60,791 nucleotides of DNA from an uncultured Gammaproteobacteria bacterium (GCA_964540995.1 CAZIOU010000005.1:1-60791), one strand, 5' to 3'; shown: positions 27,520 to 37,647, counted from the first letter of the stretch. Notes: generated by a model from the letters alone, not told the origin. Numbers and translations are program-made.

Positions 27520-27532
27520 TACAGTGTGGTTT

Positions 27533-27605
27533 ACCCCGTTGGATAACTTCGTATCCAACGGGGTAAAAAAAGCCCGACTCCTTTCAAAGTCGGGCTAAAA
27601 TTTTT
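27533..27605. terminator. Two tandem stem-loops (second one bidirectional)
   Basis: accccgttggata/tatccaacggggt (27533-27564). Then A7-agcccgact-cctttcaa-agtcgggct-aaaattttt (27564-27605). Confidence 0.75.
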
Positions 27606-27882
27606 AGGTGAAGAAGCTCTGCAGCAGTCCGGGTACAGTCGTCCCCACCCTATTTAGGGTACACCTCCCGGACAATGGCCGTGGCCTTGATCACCTCCTC
27701 TCGGGGCGGTTAGCGAAGCGTGATGGAATCGCAGACAGCACCGAGAGAAGGTCCAAAAAGCTGATCATAAGCCATAACTCCTCCATTGCTTGGGGTATGA
27801 TGCGAGACTAAAGAAACAGGACCTCTTTCACCTCCCTCCTGTGGTAAGATCAAAAATCATAAGTACTCTAACATAGGTTTAG
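27606..27882 (-). other. Structured non-coding region (candidate sRNA or leader) with only tiny ORFs
   Basis: It is bounded by terminators on both sides. There is an 11-bp stem ccttctctcgg/ccgagaggagg, a 7-bp stem gtccggg/cccggac enclosing accct-aaat-agggt, and ends ggtgaa.../...ttcacc. A 21-codon ORF (27710-27775, MAYDQLFGPSLGAVCDSITLR) follows GGAGGAG. Confidence 0.3.
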
Positions 27883-27941
27883 CAGAAAAAAAAGAGCGGC
27901 CGTCGAGCTTCCACCAAAGGCGGATAAGCAGCTCGACGGCC
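27883..27941 (-). terminator. Strong intrinsic terminator after the 351-aa gene
   Basis: Minus strand: ggccgtcgagct...agctcgacggcc (12-bp stem), followed by gctcttttttttc. Confidence 0.85.
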
Positions 27942-27948
27942 GTATAAT

Positions 27949-29004
27949 TCACAAAACTCTACGTGCAGTTGCTTGGATGACCTCCAAGGGTTCCAGTCTG
28001 CGGGTATGGATGTCTACCACACTACGTATCTGACGTAAGTACGGCCAAAGCTCCGACACATGATCGCGGATGGCTGCTGCAGCCTGATGATGAAGTCCGG
28101 AAACTTTATCGACTTTGAAAGGACGATCGTCACCGCTCGAATACGGTGCTGAAGTCATAAGAACGATGTCTTCAGCCTTGATCCGACCATCCAGCAGATT
28201 ATGCCAGACGATGCGACCAGCCGTGATAACCGCCTGCAGATAATCTGGGTCGAAGTGACCGACGATCAGCGCCTTATTGGGCAAATGCAGCCAATCATAA
28301 CCACGACCAACAGCGATCACGGATTCGCAATGCCTAAGTTGTTCGATAGTGCGACCAGAACAACGAGTCTCCTGCACTCGATCGGCGTTACGGACCAGAA
28401 CTTCAGTCGCGTCGCGAACAACATCGCTAGGCATATCCGCATGATGACGGAGCAACCAATTGGCAATAAGATCACGATCAGTCCCTACGTCTGCCATATC
28501 CAGATCATCGTGGCCATCTTCACTCGCCAGAACCAGACAATCCCAGTCAGTATCGAGACCAACCAAGATAGCGTAGTAATGCGGATGAGCCAACACGCGA
28601 CGACATTGATGTGTCAGCTGTAGCGCCGAAGAACGTGCCTGATCCAAGTTATGCTTATGACCAGCACAACCAAGCGAGTCGTTGTCACTGCGTGAATAAT
28701 GATAGGTCACAAATAGCAGTCCACGCTTATTCCGGCATCTGCCATAGCGTTGCCACTCGGCCAAAGATGCATTGAAAATTGGCCAACGAGTATCAAACAT
28801 GCCACCGATATTTCTCCATGGCTGAATGATTCCCAGTGGTGTGTTGGTAGCGATCGGTAAATGCAGTCGTCCATCCATACACTTCAGAGCACCTAGTTCT
28901 GTTGGATGACGCGACCGATACTCCCTGCGCCGCTCCTGCTGACTCAGAAATTCCCTTGACTGCTTGGCATTGAGATCCATCAGGAATTCGATTCCCGTCG
29001 GCAT
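27949..29004 (-). CDS. Hypothetical protein with beta-carbonic-anhydrase-like CxDxR...H-x10-C pattern (CsoSCA-like), paralog 1
   Basis: KC42MD44GR46, TYH102YSRSDNDSLGC113. It is about half identical by eye to the neighbouring ORF. It has its own promoter, GGGGAGG directly upstream and its own terminator. The coding call is solid; the function is a hypothesis. Confidence 0.5.
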   Translation of the reverse strand: MPTGIEFLMDLNAKQSREFLSQQERRREYRSRHPTELGALKCMDGRLHLPIATNTPLGIIQPWRNIGGMFDTRWPIFNASLAEWQRYGRCRNKRGLLFVTYHYSRSDNDSLGCAGHKHNLDQARSSALQLTHQCRRVLAHPHYYAILVGLDTDWDCLVLASEDGHDDLDMADVGTDRDLIANWLLRHHADMPSDVVRDATEVLVRNADRVQETRCSGRTIEQLRHCESVIAVGRGYDWLHLPNKALIVGHFDPDYLQAVITAGRIVWHNLLDGRIKAEDIVLMTSAPYSSGDDRPFKVDKVSGLHHQAAAAIRDHVSELWPYLRQIRSVVDIHTRRLEPLEVIQATARRVL

Positions 29005-29065
29005 AGCCTCCCCGCCCGTGGTATAGGTTAAAAAAGCAACTACTGTAAAAGAACGACAAGAAAAA

Positions 29066-29093
29066 AGTATACTCCCCTGACATAAAAAGTCAA
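29066..29093 (-). promoter_or_regulatory. Sigma70-type promoter TTGACT-16-TATACT
   Basis: -35 at 29093-29088 (inside the 3' arm of the preceding terminator) and -10 at 29071-29066. Confidence 0.55.
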
Positions 29094-29116
29094 AGCCTCA
29101 ATTTGAGACTTTGACT
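29088..29116 (-). terminator. Intrinsic terminator ending the atp-operon transcript
   Basis: Minus strand: agtcaaagtctcaa-a-ttgaggctttgact, followed by ttttat. Confidence 0.75.
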
Positions 29117-29137
29117 AAGTATATAATCAACTATCAA

Positions 29138-30178
29138 TCAGGCCTTCCCCGAATGCAACACTTCCATTTCCCGTGTATGGATATTAACCACCGCGGTCAT
29201 ATGTTGTAGATAGGGCAAAATATCCGGAACTTGTTGACGGATGACTTCCATGGCGTAACGGTGTAGGAATTCTGACTTGGCTTGCTTAAACGGTTTATCC
29301 AGTGCTCCCCGGTAAGGCGATGAAGCCAAGAGGACGATATCTTCCTCATTAATTCTACCCGCCTTAAGATTAGACAAAATAATACCAGCAGCCACGGCCA
29401 CTGCCTGATCAAAATCCGGATCAAATGGACCGATGATAAGAGCCTTGTTGATGACATGAAGCCAGTCAAATCCACGTCCGATAGCCAAGACTGACTCACG
29501 GTGTTCAACGTCGCCTAATGTTCGATCAACTTGTTTCATCTCTGCTACATGCTCAATGTTGCCTTTGATTAACGGGATGAAATCCAAAACCGTTCGCTCT
29601 GGCATATCGGGATAGAGACGATGTAACAAGCTGAAAAGATGTTCTTCATTGGTATCGGTGATAGTAGAGACATCAACAATCTCATTATTCTCACCATGAA
29701 GGATGATCGCGTCCAGATCCGTCTCAAAACCAATTTGAATCGTATAGGCAGTTGGCCGCCCTAAAATACCATCACACTGCTTCTTAAGTTCGGCCGTATA
29801 AGCAATAGACGCTTCGGTGTCATAATTGAATCCCCGACAACCGCGATGTTTCTCACCACGTGAATAGTGGTAGGTAACCAACAGCAAAGCGTTACGTCCC
29901 TTACCGATAGCATAATCGCGCCATTCTTGAAGTGCTGGGCTAAAAGCTGGCCAACCAATATCAAACTTGCCGCCGACATTGCGCCATGGCTGGATAATAC
30001 CCAGCGGAGTCTTGGTCGCTACCGGCAGATGGATGCGACCATCCATACATTTCAGTGTGCCGATCTCTGTCGGGTGCTGGGCGCGATAAATCCGCCGAGC
30101 GGCTGCTGTACCTGGGTTACTAAAAATACCCGAATGCTCTTTATTCAAATCAATAAGCTGTTGGATGCCTGTACTCAT
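29138..30178 (-). CDS. Hypothetical protein with beta-carbonic-anhydrase-like CxDxR...H-x9-C pattern (CsoSCA-like), paralog 2
   Basis: KC44MD46GR48, TYH104YSRGEKHRGC114. ATG at 30178 (MSTGIQQLIDLN aligns with MPTGIEFLMDLN of paralog 1), 16 nt after the atpC stop, no SD, AT-richer. Confidence 0.5.
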   Translation of the reverse strand: MSTGIQQLIDLNKEHSGIFSNPGTAAARRIYRAQHPTEIGTLKCMDGRIHLPVATKTPLGIIQPWRNVGGKFDIGWPAFSPALQEWRDYAIGKGRNALLLVTYHYSRGEKHRGCRGFNYDTEASIAYTAELKKQCDGILGRPTAYTIQIGFETDLDAIILHGENNEIVDVSTITDTNEEHLFSLLHRLYPDMPERTVLDFIPLIKGNIEHVAEMKQVDRTLGDVEHRESVLAIGRGFDWLHVINKALIIGPFDPDFDQAVAVAAGIILSNLKAGRINEEDIVLLASSPYRGALDKPFKQAKSEFLHRYAMEVIRQQVPDILPYLQHMTAVVNIHTREMEVLHSGKA

Positions 30179-30194
30179 AATACTTATTAAATAA

Positions 30195-30626
30195 TTATTC
30201 AGTTCCTTTGGTATGGACGCCGCGCTCCTTGTAGCGACGAGCAACCTTAATCTTGGAAGTCTCTCGCTCTATGAGTGCGCGTAACATTTCATAGTTATGA
30301 TCATGGGTACCCGTTGTCGCCAATGTTTCTTCGGCTCGGCGAATAGCTTCTTGTACTTTGTGTTCGTCAATCTCTGAAGCCATCTGTCCTGCATCGGCCA
30401 ATACTACCAAGCCATCCGGTACGATCTCGACGAAACCACCTTCAATCGCTATGAAGATTTCGTCATGAGCCGAGGTCACGATAATCTCACCATGACTCAA
30501 GACACTTACTAAGGGAATGTGGTGCGACAAAATAGTTACCTGACCCAATTGAGTCGGCAACGTGACTTGATTGACTTCACCTTCGTGAAGCACCCGTTCG
30601 GGAGTTACAATTTTTAATTTCAACAT
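30195..30626 (-). CDS. atpC: F1 ATP synthase epsilon subunit
   Basis: MLKLKIVTPERVLHEGEV..VTLPT..G.VTILSHH is typical epsilon. It follows atpD. Confidence 0.9.
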   Translation of the reverse strand: MLKLKIVTPERVLHEGEVNQVTLPTQLGQVTILSHHIPLVSVLSHGEIIVTSAHDEIFIAIEGGFVEIVPDGLVVLADAGQMASEIDEHKVQEAIRRAEETLATTGTHDHNYEMLRALIERETSKIKVARRYKERGVHTKGTE

Positions 30627-30635
30627 ATCTTTAAT

Positions 30636-30725
30636 CTGTCTTTGCGAGGAGTCTTGAGCTTAAGCGAATGACGACGAAGCAATCCCATTGAGATTGCTTC
30701 CCCCGCCGCGGGGTCGCAATGACAG
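30636..30725 (+). mobile_element. MITE-like repeat, copy 3 (short 90-bp form) inside the atp operon
   Basis: CTGTCTTTGCGAGG ... gaagcaatc-ccattga-gattgcttc ... ccccgccgcgggGTCGCAATGACAG. It fills most of the atpD-atpC spacer. Confidence 0.75.
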
Positions 30726-30728
30726 TCG

Positions 30729-32111
<1,383 letters not shown>

Positions 32112-32160
32112 TTATAAGTTGTAATTTGAAAATTTAAAATAAATCGTACGATTATAAATA

Positions 32161-33072
32161 TTATCTGCTTAATCCTTCAGCACCAGCAGAAATCTCCGCA
32201 ATCTCGGCCGTGATACCCGCTTGTCTGACGCGGTTGAAAGCCAGTGTCAATTCATCGATCATCTCACTGGCCGAATCACTGGCATTGCGCATGGCCATCA
32301 TACGAGCGGAATGTTCTGACGCTTCTGACTCCAGCACCATCTGATACATCTGAACTTCCACTAGGCGTAACAATGCAGCGTCCAACACCTGATCCATTGA
32401 CGGCTCAAAGAGATATTCCGAGAAATGAAAGGCTGGCACATCAGTAGTAATATCATGAGCAGCGTGCGCCAAGTACCGACTGGGCTTGACCAGAGGTAAT
32501 AAATGTCGAACCCGAACTTCCTGCTTGAGACTAGAATGAAAATGAGTATAGACGACAGCGATCTCATCGTAACGCTGCTTAATAAAACCTTGGATCAAAT
32601 GTTGTGACAGAGGGATAATATCAGCTACTTCGTCTGTGATGTCATTCTTGGGATAATCAGCCATCACCGACATCTTCACCGCCGCTAGACCTTGAGCTGC
32701 ACGTTTACCAAAGGTAATAAGATCAACGGCAATATCAGGCTGGTCCCAACCTTCCTTCTTCAGAAGCTTACGCACTTTATCCACTACAGCAATATTGTAG
32801 CCACCGCACAATCCACGGTTACTTCCGATTAGGAGAACTCCCACCTTCTTAACAGGACGCTCCTGGAGCAAAGGATGTGCTTCGGTATCAACACGCTTAG
32901 CCAGATTCAAAACCAATTTCCAAGCCAAATCCGAATACTGACGAGACATTAGGACTCGTTCAACGGCACGGCGCATCTTACTAGCCGAAACCAGCTCCAT
33001 GGCTTTGGTAATTTTCTTGGTGCTGGCGACTGATTTGATGCGTCGCTTGATATCTCCGGTTAGTTGGGGCAT
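32161..33072 (-). CDS. atpG: F1 ATP synthase gamma subunit
   Basis: IKRRIKSV..T.KITKAMELVSASKMRRA at the N-terminus and ITAEIAEI..GAE at the C-terminus. Confidence 0.93.
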   Translation of the reverse strand: MPQLTGDIKRRIKSVASTKKITKAMELVSASKMRRAVERVLMSRQYSDLAWKLVLNLAKRVDTEAHPLLQERPVKKVGVLLIGSNRGLCGGYNIAVVDKVRKLLKKEGWDQPDIAVDLITFGKRAAQGLAAVKMSVMADYPKNDITDEVADIIPLSQHLIQGFIKQRYDEIAVVYTHFHSSLKQEVRVRHLLPLVKPSRYLAHAAHDITTDVPAFHFSEYLFEPSMDQVLDAALLRLVEVQMYQMVLESEASEHSARMMAMRNASDSASEMIDELTLAFNRVRQAGITAEIAEISAGAEGLSR

Positions 33073-33088
33073 CTTTTTATAGTGACAA

Positions 33089-33139
33089 GTATAATGTATG
33101 AAGTATTAGCGTGGGTTCATTATACTTCCTACTTTATAC
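33089..33139. repeat. GTATAAAGTAG-word hairpin in the atpA-atpG spacer
   Basis: gtataatgtatgaagtat (33089-33106) pairs with atacttcctactttatac (33122-33139) at 16 of 18 positions. The right arm overlaps the atpA stop codon. Confidence 0.65.
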
Positions 33140-34637
33140 TAACTACTTCTTCAATAGCTTTCTTCAACTTCTCCTCATTATCCGCTGATAACTCTCCTGT
33201 CTTAGCAATGTCAGCTAATAAGTCAGGGTAATTGGCATCAAGATGTTCATAGAAGTTAGTTTCGAATTGCTTCAGCTGATCGACTGCTATTTGGTCCAAT
33301 AAACCATTAACCGCAGCGTAGAGAATCGTCACCTGATAATGAACTGCGATCGGTCGATATTGACCTTGTTTCAATAACTCGACGATACGCTTACCTCGGT
33401 TTAAACGGCTCTGTGTCTCTTCATCCAGATCTGATCCAAATTGCGCGAAGCCTTCTAACTCTCGGTATTGCGCCATATCCAATTTGAGACGACCAGCCAC
33501 TTTCTTCATGGCTTTGATCTGCGCAGCTGATCCGACACGAGAAACAGAAATACCGACGTTAACCGCTGGACGGAAACCCTGATAGAAAAGATCGGCTTCC
33601 AAGAAGATCTGACCATCAGTAATGGAAATAACATTGGTAGGAATATAAGCTGAGATATCGCCAGCCTGCGTCTCAATAATAGGCAGAGCGGTTAATGATC
33701 CGCCGCCATTATCAGTATTCAAGCGAGCAGAGCGCTCCAACAAACGAGAGTGTAAGTAAAAAATATCTCCTGGGTAAGCTTCCCGTCCTGGTGGGCGTCG
33801 GAGCAACAACGAGATTTGGCGGTAAGCAACAGCTTGTTTGGATAAATCATCGTACACAATCAATACGTCTTTACCTTGGTCCATGAAGTATTCGGCCATA
33901 GCACAGCCCGCATAGGGAGCGATAAATGACATAGCAGCTGGATCAGAGGCTCCGGCTACTACTACCGTGGTATAGCTCATAGCACCAGCTTCTTCTAGAC
34001 GGGCAATAATCTGAGCCACTTTGGATTCCTTCTGACTAATAGCTACATAGATACACAATACACCGCTATCTTTCTGATTGAGAATAGTATCGATAGCAAT
34101 CGCTGTCTTACCAGTCTGACGATCACCAATGATCAGCTCGCGCTGTCCGCGACCGATCGGGATCATAGCGTCAATTGATTTGATACCTGTCTGCAGTGGC
34201 ACCGTGACTGACTGACGAGTAATAACTCCAGGAGCAACTTTCTCTACGGGATTAAACCGCTTGGTTTTGAGAGCACCTTTACCATCCACCGGTTGCCCAA
34301 GAGCATTGACGACGCGACCAATAACTTCTTCGCCCACCGGAACTTCTAATACTCGGCCAGTACAGCGCACCGTATCGCCTTCACGTAATTGCAAATAGTC
34401 GCCCAAGATCATGACACCGATGACGTCTTCTTCTAAGTTCAAGACAACACCTTCAATCTTCTCACCGGAGCCGCTTTCTAACTCTACCATTTCCATAGCC
34501 AAAGCTTTGGACAAACCAGAAACCGTAGCGATGCCGTCTCCTACTTCAATAATATGTCCTACGCGTTCTTCGCTAGGAGCGAATTCCAAACCCTCAATTT
34601 TCTTCTGTAAATGTTTGATCAGATAATCGTGAGACAT
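33129..34637 (-). CDS. atpA: F1 ATP synthase alpha subunit
   Basis: GDRQTGKTA Walker [30 protein letters not shown] and ITDGQIFL. Confidence 0.97.
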   Translation of the reverse strand: MSHDYLIKHLQKKIEGLEFAPSEERVGHIIEVGDGIATVSGLSKALAMEMVELESGSGEKIEGVVLNLEEDVIGVMILGDYLQLREGDTVRCTGRVLEVPVGEEVIGRVVNALGQPVDGKGALKTKRFNPVEKVAPGVITRQSVTVPLQTGIKSIDAMIPIGRGQRELIIGDRQTGKTAIAIDTILNQKDSGVLCIYVAISQKESKVAQIIARLEEAGAMSYTTVVVAGASDPAAMSFIAPYAGCAMAEYFMDQGKDVLIVYDDLSKQAVAYRQISLLLRRPPGREAYPGDIFYLHSRLLERSARLNTDNGGGSLTALPIIETQAGDISAYIPTNVISITDGQIFLEADLFYQGFRPAVNVGISVSRVGSAAQIKAMKKVAGRLKLDMAQYRELEGFAQFGSDLDEETQSRLNRGKRIVELLKQGQYRPIAVHYQVTILYAAVNGLLDQIAVDQLKQFETNFYEHLDANYPDLLADIAKTGELSADNEEKLKKAIEEVVSIK

Positions 34638-34641
34638 ACTA

Positions 34642-35043
34642 TTATTCGTTTAATAATTGTTGTTGTAATGAAGCTAAGCGATGATTGATAGTCGCATCCA
34701 ATTGCTGGTCACCATACATAAGCTTAAATCCTCCGATGATGCTAGAATCAATCACTTCTTCTAGGTCTACTGGCTTACCTAAATGTTTGTGACACCAGCG
34801 ACTAATCGTAGCTAACATCTCTGGTCCGACTGGATGACGGGTAATAACTTTGACCAAGACTTTACCTTCAGCCTCTCGAACTGCCTGTTCCAGAGCTAAG
34901 CGTATCTTGGGCCAGCGACTGATCAGGCGTTGACTCTTAAGCCACAAGAAAGCTGACTCGATAACCGCATCAAGTGCTTTACCTTTCTTATCTTCGGTAG
35001 CACCGATGATAGCTTGGGCAATAGTTTTATCGGCGATTTTCAT
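34642..35043 (-). CDS. atpH: F1 ATP synthase delta subunit (short, 133 aa)
   Basis: Its position between atpF and atpA and the C-terminal ..[22 protein letters not shown] matching the delta C-terminal motif. It overlaps atpF by 17 nt. Confidence 0.75.
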   Translation of the reverse strand: MKIADKTIAQAIIGATEDKKGKALDAVIESAFLWLKSQRLISRWPKIRLALEQAVREAEGKVLVKVITRHPVGPEMLATISRWCHKHLGKPVDLEEVIDSSIIGGFKLMYGDQQLDATINHRLASLQQQLLNE

Positions 35044-35542
35044 GTGATTTGAGTGAAGTTACTTGTTCAGAAATAAAGGTACGATCTTTGTGCGTGTCAA
35101 TCTTTTGATTCAACAGTTTAGCACTGGCAGTAACTACCAGCTCAATCATCTCTTCCCGCGCATCAGCAACAAGTTTATCCTTCTCTACCTGAATCTGTTG
35201 CTTAGCATCAGCCACGATCTGCTGGGTCTTGGCTTCAGTTTCTTTCATAATAGCCGAGCGCTTCAACTCTGCCTGCTGACGAGCTTCGGCCAAAATTTCA
35301 GCCGCTTCCTTCTTGCTGGCTGCTAATTGTCGCTTGGTCTGTTCGGCGGTCTCTTGTATTGTCCGTTCGATAACTTTGGCCTGATCCAAACTCTGGCCGA
35401 TGATCTTACCTCGTTCGGCCATGACTTTGGTCAGAGGCTTCAAGGCGAAACGATAAATAACGAAGAATACAATAGCAAAATTGATCAGCTGCGCTAGCAT
35501 CAAGGTCCAATCAATATGAAATGTCTTAATTAATTCTTCCAT
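35027..35542 (-). CDS. atpF: Fo ATP synthase b subunit
   Basis: One N-terminal TM helix followed by a long charged helix (AEILAEARQQAE..). Confidence 0.85.
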   Translation of the reverse strand: MEELIKTFHIDWTLMLAQLINFAIVFFVIYRFALKPLTKVMAERGKIIGQSLDQAKVIERTIQETAEQTKRQLAASKKEAAEILAEARQQAELKRSAIMKETEAKTQQIVADAKQQIQVEKDKLVADAREEMIELVVTASAKLLNQKIDTHKDRTFISEQVTSLKSHENRR

Positions 35543-35609
35543 TGCTCATTATGATTAATAATTCATTCCCGTATTCTTTCGAAAAGAATACGGAGAGAAA
35601 TATCAATGA

Positions 35610-35858
<249 letters not shown>

Positions 35859-35903
35859 TTATTGTTTTGTTTAACGTCCCCGGGGAAACTACGTTTGGTT
35901 AAT

Positions 35904-35981
35904 AAATAGTTACTAGATTAGTAACTTATTATTAGTCACTAGGTTAGAAATTCTTCCCTAATAACTACTAACAAATAACTA
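35904..35981. repeat. AATAAC-word imperfect hairpin in the atpB-atpE spacer
   Basis: tagttactagattagtaacttattattag ... ccctaataactactaacaaataacta. The 26-nt right arm (35956-35981) matches 60067-60092 at 24 of 26 positions and overlaps the atpB stop. Confidence 0.65.
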
Positions 35982-36818
35982 ATGACTGCCTTCTTCCGAA
36001 TGATCCTGCGCTGCGATAGTAAAATACACCAAGGTCAAAACAGAAAAGATTAAGGCCTGTATCAAACCAACCATGACTTCCAAGAACATGAAGGGAATCG
36101 GCAAGATGAAAGCAAATAAAGCCGCCATAGCCGCCAATAATACTTCACCGGCGAAGACGTTACCAAATAACCGGAAGGATAGCGAAGCTACTTTGGCGAA
36201 CTCACCGATAATTTCGATTAGTCCGACGAAGAATTGAATCGGGTTGACGATGATAGCTGCTTTATTGTGTCGCATATCAGCTGGTATCGCCATTAACGTT
36301 TTGACATTGATAAATTTATTAAAATACTTCCAGCCGCCCACAATCATCACACCGAAAACATTGGCGGCGATGATAGAAAATAAACTCAATGCCAAGGTTG
36401 TATTGACGTCAGCCGTACCACCACGGAGAAGAGGAACGAACACACTATGGCCTTCTGCCTGCTCGATCCAACCGATAGAACCCACTCCTGGCAACAGGCC
36501 TAACCAGTTATTGATAATGATGAAAATAAAAACAGCAAAAACTAAAGGAAATATTTTTACTGTTATGGCTCGGTCATTGGTCACCGAATCAGCTAGATTC
36601 ATAGCGGCATCGATGATCGCTTCTGCGGTAGCTTGCAGTTTGCCCGGTATGGCTTTTGCCTTCTTACCGATGACAAGACTCAATACGACGATGATTAGAA
36701 CTGCTATCCAGCTGGTGAGCAATGAATTGGTGATCGTTAGCGGACCAACATGCGCAATAGGTTCGGCAAAAATAGTTGACTCGTGACTAACTTCAGTTGT
36801 AACCGGCGTAGCTTCCAT
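35979..36818 (-). CDS. atpB: Fo ATP synthase a subunit
   Basis: Polytopic membrane protein with LSFRLFGNVFAGEVL (conserved Arg helix). Confidence 0.92.
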   Translation of the reverse strand: MEATPVTTEVSHESTIFAEPIAHVGPLTITNSLLTSWIAVLIIVVLSLVIGKKAKAIPGKLQATAEAIIDAAMNLADSVTNDRAITVKIFPLVFAVFIFIIINNWLGLLPGVGSIGWIEQAEGHSVFVPLLRGGTADVNTTLALSLFSIIAANVFGVMIVGGWKYFNKFINVKTLMAIPADMRHNKAAIIVNPIQFFVGLIEIIGEFAKVASLSFRLFGNVFAGEVLLAAMAALFAFILPIPFMFLEVMVGLIQALIFSVLTLVYFTIAAQDHSEEGSH

Positions 36819-36829
36819 GATAATTCAAA

Positions 36830-37057
36830 TTATTGATAACGTTTGGCTAAGCGTAACAGACCGATAACCGTCCCCACGAAAGCCAACAACATACAAACGA
36901 GCAACCACAGGGGCTGACTCGAGAAACGCTGATCTAACCATCGACCCAACCACAATCCTGCCAAGGCCGGACCAACGATCCAACCGGTAGCTTGCGCGCC
37001 GATGGCCAAAGCCAGTGTCTGCCACTTTTTGTCCTTAGGATCTCCCTTTTGGTTCAT
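36830..37057 (-). CDS. AtpZ/AtpI-like small membrane protein preceding atpB
   Basis: 75 aa, two TM helices, G.Q..G.I.GP...G...G..LD pattern, first gene of the operon. Confidence 0.6.
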   Translation of the reverse strand: MNQKGDPKDKKWQTLALAIGAQATGWIVGPALAGLWLGRWLDQRFSSQPLWLLVCMLLAFVGTVIGLLRLAKRYQ

Positions 37058-37113
37058 GCGATTATAATCAAAAAAGGCCTTAACTGGGTCTTCTGACTGA
37101 AACGAACGCCATT

Positions 37114-37142
37114 AGTATAGAGGAATTTAGCAAAAGGGTCAA
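37114..37142 (-). promoter_or_regulatory. atp operon promoter TTGACC-17-TATACT
   Basis: -35 at 37142-37137 and -10 at 37119-37114, about 55 nt upstream of the atpZ-like start. Confidence 0.6.
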
Positions 37143-37262
37143 CGATTTTTTTATTAGAATTTCTTATTCATTCAATATTGACAAATCTATAATATTGTGA
37201 CAAAACTACCCATAGTTCGATCTTTTTAGTGGCGACTCACTTACCCTAGCTATGGAGGAAGT

Positions 37263-37592
37263 ATGTTTCTGGTCATTGGTCAGTTTCGAGATGAAAAGAT
37301 GCATCAAATCTATACGTCAGTACTTTTATTAACTACTGATCCTCAGCTAGCCTATGACACTGCGCTCCAGCCAGAAAAATGCGGACACCGATTTGGAGAA
37401 GATTCGCATGTATATATTCTTGGTCTTCAGCCGGATAAAATCCAGACAAAAGCCAATGGCAGGCCCAAATACGTTTTGTGGCATGAATCTGCAGACTGGC
37501 TCGGTGGTCCACCATTCCGACGTATCAGATCTAGTTTCAAGGACTTAATTAGGGAAAACCCTGATAGGCTGGCAGCAGCACTGAACGACTAA
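37263..37592 (+). CDS. Hypothetical protein, 109 aa (orphan)
   Basis: GGAGGAAG lies upstream of the ATG, a perfect TATAAT lies at 37188-37193, and a strong terminator lies downstream. It is a lone plus-strand gene between minus-strand operons. Confidence 0.6.
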   Translation: MFLVIGQFRDEKMHQIYTSVLLLTTDPQLAYDTALQPEKCGHRFGEDSHVYILGLQPDKIQTKANGRPKYVLWHESADWLGGPPFRRIRSSFKDLIRENPDRLAAALND

Positions 37593-37647
37593 ACGGTCAT
37601 CTGACATTATTTTGTAAATCTTGCCACTCGACAACCATAGAAGATCC

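Noticed and set aside
27608-27811. 67-aa plus-strand ORF (GTG start) in the structured intergenic region.
   Set aside because: It has a non-ATG start and no SD, and it begins inside a terminator T-tract. The region's stem structures and flanking terminators fit a non-coding element better.
27606-27882. Possibility that the structured region is SRP RNA, 6S RNA, RNase P RNA or tmRNA.
   Set aside because: I could not find the remembered invariant motifs. These are the SRP GGAA-tetraloop/AGCA symmetric loop context, the RNase P GAGGAAAGUCCGGGC motif, and the tmRNA tag ORF with a tRNA-like 3' end. It is left as an unclassified candidate.
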